Shown piece by piece: positions 24,201 to 34,926 of a stretch of DNA of 62,000 nt; within the stretch, counting starts at the first letter, position 1, and the number at the start of each line of letters is the position of its first letter. Source of the stretch: Wallemia ichthyophaga EXF-994 (taxonomy: Eukaryota; Fungi; Basidiomycota); the NCBI RefSeq assembly GCF_000400465.1, contig NW_008806275.1, positions 429,656 to 491,655 of the forward strand, written 5' to 3'. The notes under the pieces are model-generated. The model made no database searches. It saw nothing but the letters and a program-made list of their open reading frames with translations, and was not told the origin of the DNA. A program made the translations under genes and the position numbers.

Positions 24201-26101
24201 TGAAGTTGCCGCTTCATACTGGCTTAGATTGTGGACTAGCTCCTACGATAAAGCTGCGGATGTTTTCAGCTACATCGTCACTCGCACTTCAATGCTCTTC
24301 GTACCAGGTGATGATATTGCTGCTGCGTCGCTCATCAACACACATGACGAAACGAATTACTACCTGGCTATCTACGTTCTCGTATCATTTGGATACATTG
24401 TTCTAACATCACTCTGCATGTTCGTCATGTTCAATGCTTCCGTCAATGCTTCCAGGAAGCTATACGACAGAATGTTAACAAGAGTCATGAAGACACGTAG
24501 CAGATTCTTCGACAGCACCCCAACTGGACGTATTATGAACAGAATGTCAAAAGATATAGAAGTTGTTGATCAAGAAACAGCCCCTGTCGTGTTATGGTTC
24601 TTGCACTCTCTCGTCTTAGCTTTGTTTATCCTGCTGGTTATTACTTTCGCTGCTCCTGCCTTCATCTTCGGTGCAATCATTGTTGCAATTGTTTACTACC
24701 TCATCGGTGCACTCTACCTGCAAACATCTAGGGACGTCAAGCGTATTGAGAGTTTGACAAGGTCACCGATATTCTCAACGTTCTTCGAGTGTCTTAATGG
24801 CGTCGTTAGTATTAGGGCTTATGCAGCTACCAACAGATTCCAAAATCGCGTCTTTGAACTGCTCGACGAAAACAACGCAGGTTTCTTAATGTTGTGGTAT
24901 ACCAACCGCTGGCTGTCCCTCCGTATAGATGTGGCAGCCGCTATGATCAGTTTGACTACGGCCATCTTCCTTTTGTTGGACAAGAGCATTTCGCCTTCAA
25001 TGGCCGGTTTTGCACTTTCGTACGCTATAACATTCAATGAAGCTGCACTGTGGGTTGTCAGACTTAGTGCGCAGACTGAGATCAATCTCAACTCTGTCGA
25101 GCGTATCGGAGAATATCTTGATTTGGAACCTGAGCAGAAAGAGGATGAGGGAGAGATACCTGGTCCTGAATGGCCGAGCGAAAATTCGTACATGTAAGTT
25201 GGGTGTTTGAGCTGTGTGGGTACAGCTGACATGGTTATTAGTGATATTCGCTCGTTGAGTGTCAGATACTCGCCAGAGTTGAGAAGAGTTCTTGACAACG
25301 TTTCCTTTGTTGTTAAGCCAGGTGAAAAGGTTGGAATTTGTGGTAGAACTGGATCAGGGTGAGTTGTATTGGGACAAACGCCGATCAATCTAACAAAATC
25401 ATAGCAAATCGACACTGGTTCTCTGTCTTAATCGCATATTGGAATTGGAGAGCGGTCTAATTTCTATCGACGGTAACGACATCTCCGAATTGAAGCTTGA
25501 AGCTCTCAGAAGTCGGATGACGACCATTCCTCAGGAGGCGCAGCTGTTTGGTGGTACACTGCGCGAAAATCTCGATCCGTTTGATGAGTTTACGGATGAT
25601 GAGATCTGGGAAGTACTCAAACGTGTGAAGTTGGCATCAAGTATGGACTTATCCGTCACCTCGCTATCAGAGTCAGCCAACATCGACAGAACGTCTATCA
25701 AATCTCTTAATGAGAAGGTAGCACAAAGCGGAAAGAACTTCAGTGCAGGTCAACGTCAGTTGCTGGCGTTGGCTAGAGGTCTTCTTAAACTCTCACACGC
25801 CAAGTCCAACATATTGCTGCTTGACGAATCAACGGCTAATCTGGATTCGCATTCTGATGAAATTATTCAAAGAGCTCTGAGATACGACATGGATAATGTC
25901 ACCATTCTCTGCGTTGCTCATAGACTGCGTACTATCGCAGATTACGACAAAATCCTCGTTCTTGATGCTGGACGCGTCGTTGAGTACGACACACCTGCCA
26001 ATCTTTACAAGAAGAACTCCAACTTTACTTCGCTATGCAAGCAATCTGGTGAAGATGCTGAGCTTGCCAAGATAATATTCGAGAAGGAGGAACGTAAGTA
26101 G
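21219..26101 (+). CDS. Full-length ABCC/MRP-type ABC transporter (YCF1/YBT1-like), multi-exon
   Basis: TMD0-like N-terminus. NBD1 has [29 protein letters not shown] and [14 protein letters not shown]2 has [20 protein letters not shown]2 has GRTGSGKS (split by an intron), [20 protein letters not shown] and VAHRLRTI. Confidence 0.95.
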
Positions 26102-26180
26102 ATTCATATCATTAAACGGACTTTCTATTACATTACTTAAAAATGCATTACATTAAGTAATATTTGAGCATATATAGCAT

Positions 26181-27348
26181 CTATTCTAATTGCTTGTACG
26201 AACTCTGGAAGCTATCTGTGAAGAGACTGCGAGCTTTGAAAGAGCCTGCCCACGCTCCAAATGAGAACCAGCCAAGTCTGATTGCACCGCCTGTCATACC
26301 CACAGCGACACCCATGATTGTTGGGCCGGTTGAGTATTTCTTCGAAGCTTCGTTACCATTTGCGAGGCTGAGTATGTTCGCAGCTATGTAACTTGAGTGG
26401 CGATTGGCATTTACGAATGTCTTGAGCTCGTCGATATTTACTATATCACCCATTGCAAATACATTCCTTAGCTTTGGTGAATCAACTTGTAGGAAGTCGT
26501 TGACCTTCACCAATCCTTTTTCCGAGATAAGGCTAGTGTCAAAGTCCTGAACAAGAGAAACATTTGGCTTAGTACCCATAGCGTTGAAGACGAAATCAGC
26601 TCTAAATTCTTTTCCTGAGGTGGTTCTGATAGTGCGTTCTTCGCCATATCCGAACTGCAGCTCACCAATGTTATCAACGCGCTCATTGAGCACAACCTTC
26701 ACGCCCTTCCTTGTTAATTGGGAGTACACCTCACCGTGCAGGCCCACTTCTTTGCCGCAGAGATCGCCATGTGAATGAACCAACGTAACTTCCTTGTCTT
26801 TGTACCTCTCGCGAACCTCACCGCTCATCTCAACACCGAGTGAGCCTCCACCGACTATAACGATCTTTCCAGAATTCTCGATTTCGCCTTGCATGTTCTT
26901 CAGATGATCTTTCATGGTGAAGGATTGGGTATCAGGACGGCATGGAAACGCGTAGTTGGAGCCTGTGGCGAGCAGGAGAATATCATAGGGAATAGTTTTT
27001 CCTATTTTACTAGATTTGTCGATTGTCACTGTCGTTTCATCGAATTGAATGGCTCGGTATCCGTTGAGAACGACGTGTCTCGATTTCTCACTGAAGAGGT
27101 TTTCGAGCGAGGTCATTACTTGGTTCTCCCATGAGGGTGATACTGAGGCTCTCAATGCTGCCTGTATTAAATCAGATTGCTTAAGCTAGATAAATTGAGT
27201 GACGTACTGGTGGAAAGTAGGCATATTCATTAGCCTCGATGAGCACGATGCGATGTGTCTTTGGCAGTTTGCTGTGTATGTTTTTTATGACATTTATGGA
27301 GCTATTAGAGCCGATAATTACAACATTCTTGAGATCGACGTCTGACAT
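26181..27348 (-). CDS. AIF/AMID/FSP1-like pyridine nucleotide-disulfide oxidoreductase (intron 27162-27207)
   Basis: HRIVLIE, YDILLLATGS, NADH-binding IVIVGGGSLGVEMSGE, VTLVHS, ADFVFNAMG and NVFAMGD. Confidence 0.88.
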
Positions 27349-28200
27349 GGTATAGTGGTGGCTGTTGGACGAGAAGATGCCAAGTGGGAAGATGTGGAAC
27401 AGTCGATTTACCAATTGATTCGGGAGCAGCTTAAGCTGTGTATGTGGTTCGTGATGACTTGTGGCATGTTCGAGAAGGTAATCTCAATGTTTTAGTATGC
27501 GGAAATAGCATCTGATACACGCAAAGAAATTCTAAAAGAACATTGAAAGAAATCATGATGCTTTCATGATGCTTCCTGCATCTTCACCAATTATTGCAAG
27601 CTTCTTCACGTCAAAGACTATTCTTAGCCTGAAGATGAAGAATAGCACGTTCAATGACGAGTGCTTCATGACACCGTGACGCCTGTAAATTTGAGCCATA
27701 CTGGTATTGTTTTGTAGCTATTGACGAGGAGGTACAATGTGTGAATTTTTTGACTAGTCTTGTGAAACGCTCTGCATTCAACCAGGCAGATTTGGAATGT
27801 CACAAGGAGCAATTTAAAGTTTAAAATGCAAAATTTTGATATTCCTACTCCTAAAATTCCAACGCAGCCTTAGTCGCCTTTACAACCCCATTTTTTGAAA
27901 TTTTGAAATGCACCGGTGAAGCCAAACCCCGATTTCAAAGTTGAGCTGACCTCCACTTTCCTTTGTATGAAATGTATGAAAGAGGCGTGCGGTGATCCGT
28001 AATGAAAATATCCTTACCCTTACCCTTGAGCCACCATTGAGTCCTGTGGACGCTAAGTGCCGGAAAACATAAATCGCGTTTATAGGGACCAAAGAATTAA
28101 AATTGCGGGCGCTTGCGGTCTCTATAAGCCAGAGTGATTGGATTTAATTGATGAAGTGCGCAGTAGTTTTCATATCTATCCTGTAGCGTGCTCTAGAGTG

Positions 28201-28575
28201 ATGTCCGATCCCAACTCCAGAACGGCATATAGGGCGCAATTGGAGGCTCAGAGATATAAATCTGGTAAATTTTTGCAGAAACAATTAAGCGCTATTTATG
28301 AAGCTTTTTTTATTTGTAGATGGTCAAAATCCGTAAATCCGCCACTTGAGATGAGACAGGTGGTAATCGAGAAATTCAACTCTGTGGATATTGAGCGAAG
28401 GGCTGTTATAGGAATGTATTTCGAATGCCAGAGATGCTATACAAACGAAGATTTTGTTAAATTGTTAAAATTGTCAGTATATGGTATCACTGTGTTCGTC
28501 TTCCCACATACTTGGCCATTATCAGGGTCAAGTGACCTCAATAAAGTCAGACTCTCTTCGTATAAGTTGCTTTAG
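28201..28575 (+). CDS. Orphan hypothetical ORF (possible 49-nt intron 28477-28525); may be a decayed gene
   Basis: Open frame of more than 120 codons from ATG 28201 in an otherwise stop-rich region, with a genome-typical GTATAT..CAG 49-nt candidate intron. No recognised family. Confidence 0.35.
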   Translation: MSDPNSRTAYRAQLEAQRYKSGKFLQKQLSAIYEAFFICRWSKSVNPPLEMRQVVIEKFNSVDIERRAVIGMYFECQRCYTNEDFVKLLKLSVYGITVFVFPHTWPLSGSSDLNKVRLSSYKLL

Positions 28576-29063
28576 CTAACAAAGTGACCTAAACCGTCTT
28601 TGCTTTCTCTTAAACAAGCCGCGTGGTAGACATCGTGTAACCTGCAAAGCAATTGCGAGTTGAGAAAACCAAAGAAGTGTCTAAAACTGCCACAATAGAG
28701 CTGAACTTCTGAATATCAATGTTTCTTATGAAATGCTCAGCACTGCACGACTGTGTGGTGTTAGTGTTGGGTGGTTTCCCATCAGCCAAGCCAAATCACA
28801 AGCGCGTAGTCATGATCGAGAAGATGAGTATTGATTATAAATTATGAAAGTACCGAATAAGTCACTTTAACACTCCGCAATCGCTCAAAATGCTTAAGAA
28901 TCAGCCGTTCGCTACCGGATAAATCTTTTCAGTTGCAAATTGTATTTGCAACGTGAGCAGAAAGTACTAATTGCTATCAAAACCAACGCGACTCCTCTGC
29001 GTTGTCTATAACTTAAATATATAATTTGAAAGCAAACGCCTTCAAAAAGAAGGATACTCAAAA

Positions 29064-29137
29064 AGGAGCAAACCGGATTTGAACCGGTGGTCTTAAGATT
29101 TGCAATCTTACGCTTTAACCAACTAAGCTACTGCTCC
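29064..29137 (-). tRNA. tRNA-Cys (anticodon GCA), intronless
   Basis: Cloverleaf GGAGCAG-TA-GCTT-AGTTGGTTA-AAGC-G-TAAGA-TTGCAAA-TCTTA-AGACC-ACCGG-TTCAAAT-CCGGT-TTGCTCC-T. All four stems pair, the discriminator is U73 (Cys identity element), and T-runs follow immediately. Confidence 0.93.
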
Positions 29138-30262
29138 TCTGCTTCAGCGAGTCATAATGACTGTATAAATATTGTCAAGATTCAGGTTAAAGCCGTAACA
29201 TTTGGATAAGAGTTATTGATGCCCCACGACTAAGACCTACCGTTACCGTTTCCGACTGATTGATTCACCTAAATGCAATTCGTGTGGCACAGAGGACACC
29301 ATTTCGCACAGAATTTTCATACGCAAAAGACATATTATGGCCAGAATCACATGAAGAAGAAAAATTACCAAGATCAATATTCGGTTCGAATAAGGACCAA
29401 TAATCAGAAACACACACACTCTACAAGCCCTTTACGAGTTCTTCAAACCGCAACTGACTACGTACCAAAGATACTCCGATGGTTCAGTGTAATTGAGAAC
29501 CAACAACAATTAACAAATTACGACGCTAGTCAAGAAACGCTTCCAGTAAATTTAGCACCCCCTTTGACTCCTCATGCTTTAAGAAGTATTGATGGACGCA
29601 GTTTAAATATGTATCATCTTAACAAAACATTCAGATTTCATCATCATCATCATTAGAGATTTTACCTCAAAGACGACTTAAGAGATGAAAGCTGAGAGCT
29701 AAATGAGCCAAGTAGCTAAGTGTCACTACTTAACCTACCACCTGGAGCTTTTGGTGAGGCTGGGTGGCTTTAAGGTCGTTAAAGAGGTTTTTGGTGTATA
29801 TAACAGTTCACAAGTCAGCATATGCTGATTAGCTGATTAGCTATTTGGCTAATTGGCTGGTGAAACAATTTGTTTGTTTCAGAGTGGTTTAGTATGCACC
29901 GAGGTAACACATTATGCACGCACGGGCACAGCGAGACAGCGAGACAGCAAAACAGCAATAAATCCAAAAAAGCTATATTGGCATAAATTTGAAAAGCCAG
30001 AGCATACATCGGAGAGAATCAGGGAGTGAAAGGGTGGGTGGAAATGGGTGATATACTATGAGGCTTTGGATACTATGGATACTATGGATTCTGCTACTAA
30101 GATTAATTACTGATACTGCTGACCCTAATGATACCACCGCGTCGAGCAGATAGCCAGATAACCAGTAGTAGTAGGGTAGTCAAGAAGATAAAGGGAAGGT
30201 TGAAGCATAAAAAAGAAAGAAAGAAAAGGAATACCAATTGAAGTTCAGCCTCAAGCTCAAGC

Positions 30263-31988
30263 TCACTGACTCTCATAATAGCCATTACGGAAAGCAGGGC
30301 TGGAGGGGGAGCGATGCGAGGGAAAAGATTTATGAGCGCCGTCGAAGCCACCTCTACCACGATAACCACCGCGATAACCACTGCCACCACCTCTACCTCT
30401 TCCGCCGCCACTACCTCTACCTCTTCCGCCTCTAGCTCTAGAGTAGAAAGGATTATCGAGGGATTCGCCGAACGTGTCAAGGTTCCTACATCTCTCCTCT
30501 TCACGCGCCGCCCTAGCGAGGAGTCTGCCGCTGTTAGAGTTGGAGTTGAGGTGGGTGTATTCGTGCTGCATCTGCGTTTGCTGATGAGGAGGCAACTGCT
30601 TCTGCATCTGGTGCTGTTTTTGTTGCCCAAAGCTAGTGGTGTTCGACGAGAGTGAGTCGAAGAAAGACGACGATTTGTTATAAGCGGGAGCGGCGGCAGT
30701 TTCTTGATCGACTTGGACGTGCTCCTCCTCTGCCGGGACACCACCTGCACTACTGACAGGTTCACCAGAGAGGAGATCCGCTGCATCGAGCTCCAACTCC
30801 AACTCCACATTCACGTCGCCTTCAACTCCTTCGTGCTGCCCCGTGTCCATCTTGCGGTGTATTTTCCTAAACACAGCATTCGAGCGCTCGAAATCGAAAT
30901 CGGAGGGTGGAACAATGTGCGAGGAGTGAGACGTGTGCGATGATTTAGAGTGCGGTTGCGTGTGTCTTTTGGGGCGTGATTGTGCATGTGTTGGTTCACT
31001 AGGTCTGTCGTACAAGGACGCCTGCTTCTCTTTCCTGCTCGCTGCATTCATGACACCAGCCTCCTGGGCCACCTCTGCTCTAGCGTTAGCGTCATCCTTG
31101 AGCTTAATGCGCGACATAGCGTCTTCTATTTTTTCTGCACGGATAGGTTGGATGGGTTGATTAGATGGGGAGTGAACTGTGGGTTGTACTGGTTGAGCAG
31201 TGGGTGGCTGAGGAGTGTGTGTGGATGTTTGGGAAGTGGCCGGGACTGGGTGAGGTGGCTGTGCTGGTTGTGCGACCTGCACCTGCACTGGAGGGTGCGG
31301 TTGAGCTGGCGGAGGCTGCTGCGAAGGAGGACCATTAGGAGGACCATTAGGAGGGCCATTAGGAGGAGCATTTGGAGGACCATTAGGACCATTAGGGTAA
31401 GGCATGTAAGGTGGGAACATGTGAGGTGGAGGCGGGTAGTAGCCTGGCATGCCCGGCATTGGGGGGAAGCCGATGAAAGGGCGCTGAGGGGTGCCTGGGT
31501 GGGGAGGATTAGTTGGGTGAGGTGTTTGCTGTGAGGGTGTTTGTGCCTGTGGTTGAGCGGCTACTTTCGGAGAAGGGCGAGCGGTCTAGAGCGGGATTAG
31601 GTAAAAGACTTTTAAAATAAACGCCCAAACTCACACCAACAATAGCAGGATCATCTGGAATGCTGCTATTACCGCTGGTCACCGGTGGAGGTTGCTCGAC
31701 TTGGAGATTCTTGACATCAGCCGCTTTGAAGACAATAAAGTCGTAGATGGATTCAGAGAGAGGAATATCAGACATATCGGTGACATCGTTCTTATTGCGT
31801 CTGCCTTCAGTTCCCATCGACTGTACTGTACAAGTTATTTTAGCCAATTGTCTGCTCTTTACTCCCTACACACCCTTCTGGAGAGAGATGGTCGCTGCGG
31901 TGTGGTCAATAGCCACCAGCGTGCCTTTGTAGCGTATCTCGGATTTAGACACGAGTGATATCCTCGAGCCGATGAAGTTTGAGGCCAT
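30263..31988 (-). CDS. SCD6: Scd6/Sum2/LSM14 (RAP55) P-body protein, 2 introns
   Basis: Lsm domain FIGSRISLVSKSEIRYKGTL...VQSMGTEGRR...YDFIVFKAADVKNL, DFDF box (SDFDFERSNAVF), FFD box (YNKSSSFFDSLS), TFG box (NLDTFGE) and RGG tail. Confidence 0.95.
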
Positions 31989-32034
31989 GACTGTTGGTGG
32001 TTAAGGAGCAATTCAAAGTAAGATTAAATTTATT

Positions 32035-32514
32035 TTATTCTTTTACACCAATTATCCCACTTAGCCCACTCAGTCCACCCGCAGCTGCCCCAATCGCTGC
32101 TCCACCCAGCACTCCATTCACCATTCTCGCACGCCGCAAGACGAGCGTGGGCAGCGTGAGTGATCCCAGTACTCCTCCGATTATTCCATAGTCTGTAGCC
32201 TTATTCAGTGTTTTCTGTCTTGTTGTATGCGTGTTTCTCCCAGCATCCATCTCCCCCCTCAAATATCCTACAGCTCCCCCGACAGGCACTCCAATCAACG
32301 CTGCACTCATCCACGTATTCCTGAGCAGACTGTTCAAGCTACCTGTAACTTTCTTACGCCTCACCATCTGCACTATCTGAACCACAGGCGACACTCCACC
32401 CACCACCGCGAACCCATTTCCAGCATCTTGGATTATCACTGATTTTGACAAAGTGCCAAGTCCATTATCCTCCATTTTCACTTTTTCAGCAGCTGGGCTA
32501 TTATGGGTAGACAT
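32035..32514 (-). CDS. Uncharacterised small glycine-rich membrane protein (intronless, ~159 aa)
   Basis: ORF from ATG 32514 with several GxxxG hydrophobic segments: AALIGVPVGGAVGY, YGIIGGVLGSLTLP and GVLGGAAIGAAAGGLSG. Confidence 0.65.
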   Translation of the reverse strand: MSTHNSPAAEKVKMEDNGLGTLSKSVIIQDAGNGFAVVGGVSPVVQIVQMVRRKKVTGSLNSLLRNTWMSAALIGVPVGGAVGYLRGEMDAGRNTHTTRQKTLNKATDYGIIGGVLGSLTLPTLVLRRARMVNGVLGGAAIGAAAGGLSGLSGIIGVKE

Positions 32515-32593
32515 GATCGAACAAGAGCAAAGTAAAGCAAAGTAAAGCAATAAAAAATATCAAATACGCAACACGTAAACTAAACAAACCACT

Positions 32594-34882
32594 CTATACA
32601 GTCCTCTCAACCAACTTAATTCCCTCCAACTCAAGCTTCTCCATAATAGGTTTGTTGATATGAGCTGAGTAAGGTGCGACGATACCTCTATCCTTGAGGG
32701 TGCCATCGAGGACAAGCTGCGTGGCCACACCGCAAGGCACACCAACGAGCTTTGCCATAGCAGTGTAACCGCCTGGCGTACCGTAATCGAGGAGGGTAGA
32801 AGTGCGTGTCTCCTTACGTCCATCAGCCCAAACGATACCGAATTTATGCTGGAGCATAACCATATCTCTCTCACCCTGCTCGTATTGCATCTTCTTTTCG
32901 AGCGTTGCGCACAGTGTGTCGAGGAGGTTGCCACGTGGTGTGGTCATCTCCGTACTGAAGAGACCTATCCAGCGCAATCCTGAGAGGATACGTTCTTCCT
33001 CGCTCTTGCTTGGGAATCCGACCTTATCAACGATAGCGCGACAGAGTGTGTCTTCTGAATCATCTGACACTCCCAATGCCTTTGCGGTTACTGTGTTCCA
33101 TGGCGCACTCACTCCAGCATATTCCCTTGGTGAGTCATCCAAAAATCCTAACTTGACTAAAGCATTGATGAACTCTGGGAATCCCTGGTAGCGCAATGTA
33201 CCCCTGACGAGATTGTTACATTCAGGGATACTGTAGAAATCGCGGAATGGCGTCGAGTCACGGTTAGGGTAAGCGACGAATGCGAAGGCAGGAGAAATGT
33301 AGTATGGTTGTGCAGTAGCCATCAACTCAGGTCCAGCTACCTCTTTAGCAGCACCCTCATGGTAGAACTTGGCTGTGTTGCGGAGAGCTAACAATACTCC
33401 TCTGCTAGACCAGCTGAACTTGTAACCGAGTGGATTGTCGGCAGATTCCGGTGCAGGCAAACCTCCACAGTACGACAGGAATGTGTCTATCTTACCACCA
33501 TGTGCATGTACCTCATCGAACATCTTTACAGCGTAAAGATGATCGAGACCGGGATCGAGACCAATCTCATTCATAACTGTAATACCGGCCTTCTTAGCAT
33601 CACCCTCGAGTTCCTTCATGGCGGGGCTAACGTAGGAGGTAGTGACAACATGTGTCTTGCCCTTGATGGCAGATTTGATGACATTGGCGTGGAAAGTGTA
33701 TGGGATAAGTGAGACGACAACGTCAAATTGCGCAACGAGCTCATCGAGTGCTTTCTCATTACCCACGTCAATAGAAACAGCAGTAGCTCTGTCTAAACCG
33801 ATAGCCATCTGTTGTGCAGTTTGCAAGGTACGACAACCGATAGTGAGGTGGTTACGTGCATCGCGGAGTAAATACTCAACGGCTGGGAGAGCAACGAAAC
33901 CAGAACCAAGGAGAAGAACCTTTTTAGCCTCACCCTCAGCTTTAGCGACATTTGGAGCTACGTAACGACTGTCGTTGAGTGCAGAATCAGCAAACTGAGG
34001 CAATTGGAAAGCGCACTGGTGGATCTTTGAGTTGTAGTACTTGCAGTCAGGCACCTCTCTCAATGGCTTGCGGAGGTTACGAGAGCCATCCTTTGAGCAG
34101 ACGATGAAACCAATCTGACCAGATGGGTAGGTGGGGATGGTAGTATAAGCGTACTCAGCAGTTGCGAAAAGTTCTCTTGTAGCGAGTCTAAGAGATTTAA
34201 TGAGAGGAAGGTGTAACCAGATACATTCACCCTGAGTGGAAATGTGACCACCTTCTCTAAGGGCATTCTTGAGGAGTTCAAAGAAGGCCTTCTCAAATAA
34301 AGCAGCAGCAGGACCTTCAGGGTCGGAGGAATCGGTGATGATCACATCAAAGTAATTCTTCTTATCCTGGAGGAATTTGAAGCCATCGCCGATAAAGACG
34401 GTGACCTTTTCGTGGTTTAAAGCTTGAGCCATGTGTGGGAGATAAGCCTTTGAAACTCTCGGGACAGCTTCGTCGATGTCGCATAAAACAGCCTCCTGCA
34501 CTTGAGGATGTTTGACGACTTCACGGAGAACACCACCATCACCACCACCAATAACCAAAACTCTCTGTGGGTTTGGATGTGAGGCCATTGGGAGATGGGT
34601 GATCATCTCTTGATATGAAAATTCGTCACGCTCAGTGCATTGAACAGCACCGTCGAGGACAAGAACATTGCCGTAGGATTGAGATTCAAAAACCAAAACA
34701 TCTTGGAATTGGGACTTCTCAACGTGCAGAATTTTATTTACTTTAAGGGAGAGTGCTTGACCTGGCCATTGAGGGGATATCTCGTGGAACCAGTTGTCTG
34801 TGGGTGGGTATTAGAGGGTTATTATTGGTGTAAATATCCACACACTATTATCAATTGCAGGATGACTCAATGGAGAAGACAT
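32594..34882 (-). CDS. SPE3-LYS9: Chimeric spermidine synthase-saccharopine dehydrogenase (SPE3-LYS9); short first intron
   Basis: One continuous ORF joins spermidine synthase ([56 protein letters not shown]) to saccharopine dehydrogenase ([39 protein letters not shown]). Confidence 0.96.
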
Positions 34883-34926
34883 GATGGACGTAAGGGAGGA
34901 AGGATCTTTCTTAAATAAAAACAATC

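Noticed and set aside
27866-27890. GCCTTTAC resembling U5 snRNA loop 1
   Set aside because: It does not match the invariant GCCUUUUAC, and there is no flanking stem or Sm site.
28012-28027. CCCTTA repeats resembling a telomeric seed
   Set aside because: There are only about two units, and the motif differs from TTAGGG/CCCTAA.
29273-29656. 127-aa ORF ending in His5, downstream of the tRNA region
   Set aside because: It has no motif and atypical composition, and the His run comes from a CAT microsatellite. It is covered under the gene-poor island finding.
30103-31534. Several long overlapping ORFs (30103-30810, 30314-30655, 30980-31534, 31126-31392)
   Set aside because: They are alternative-frame or antisense shadows of the low-complexity Pro/Gln/RGG regions of SCD6, with no independent motifs.
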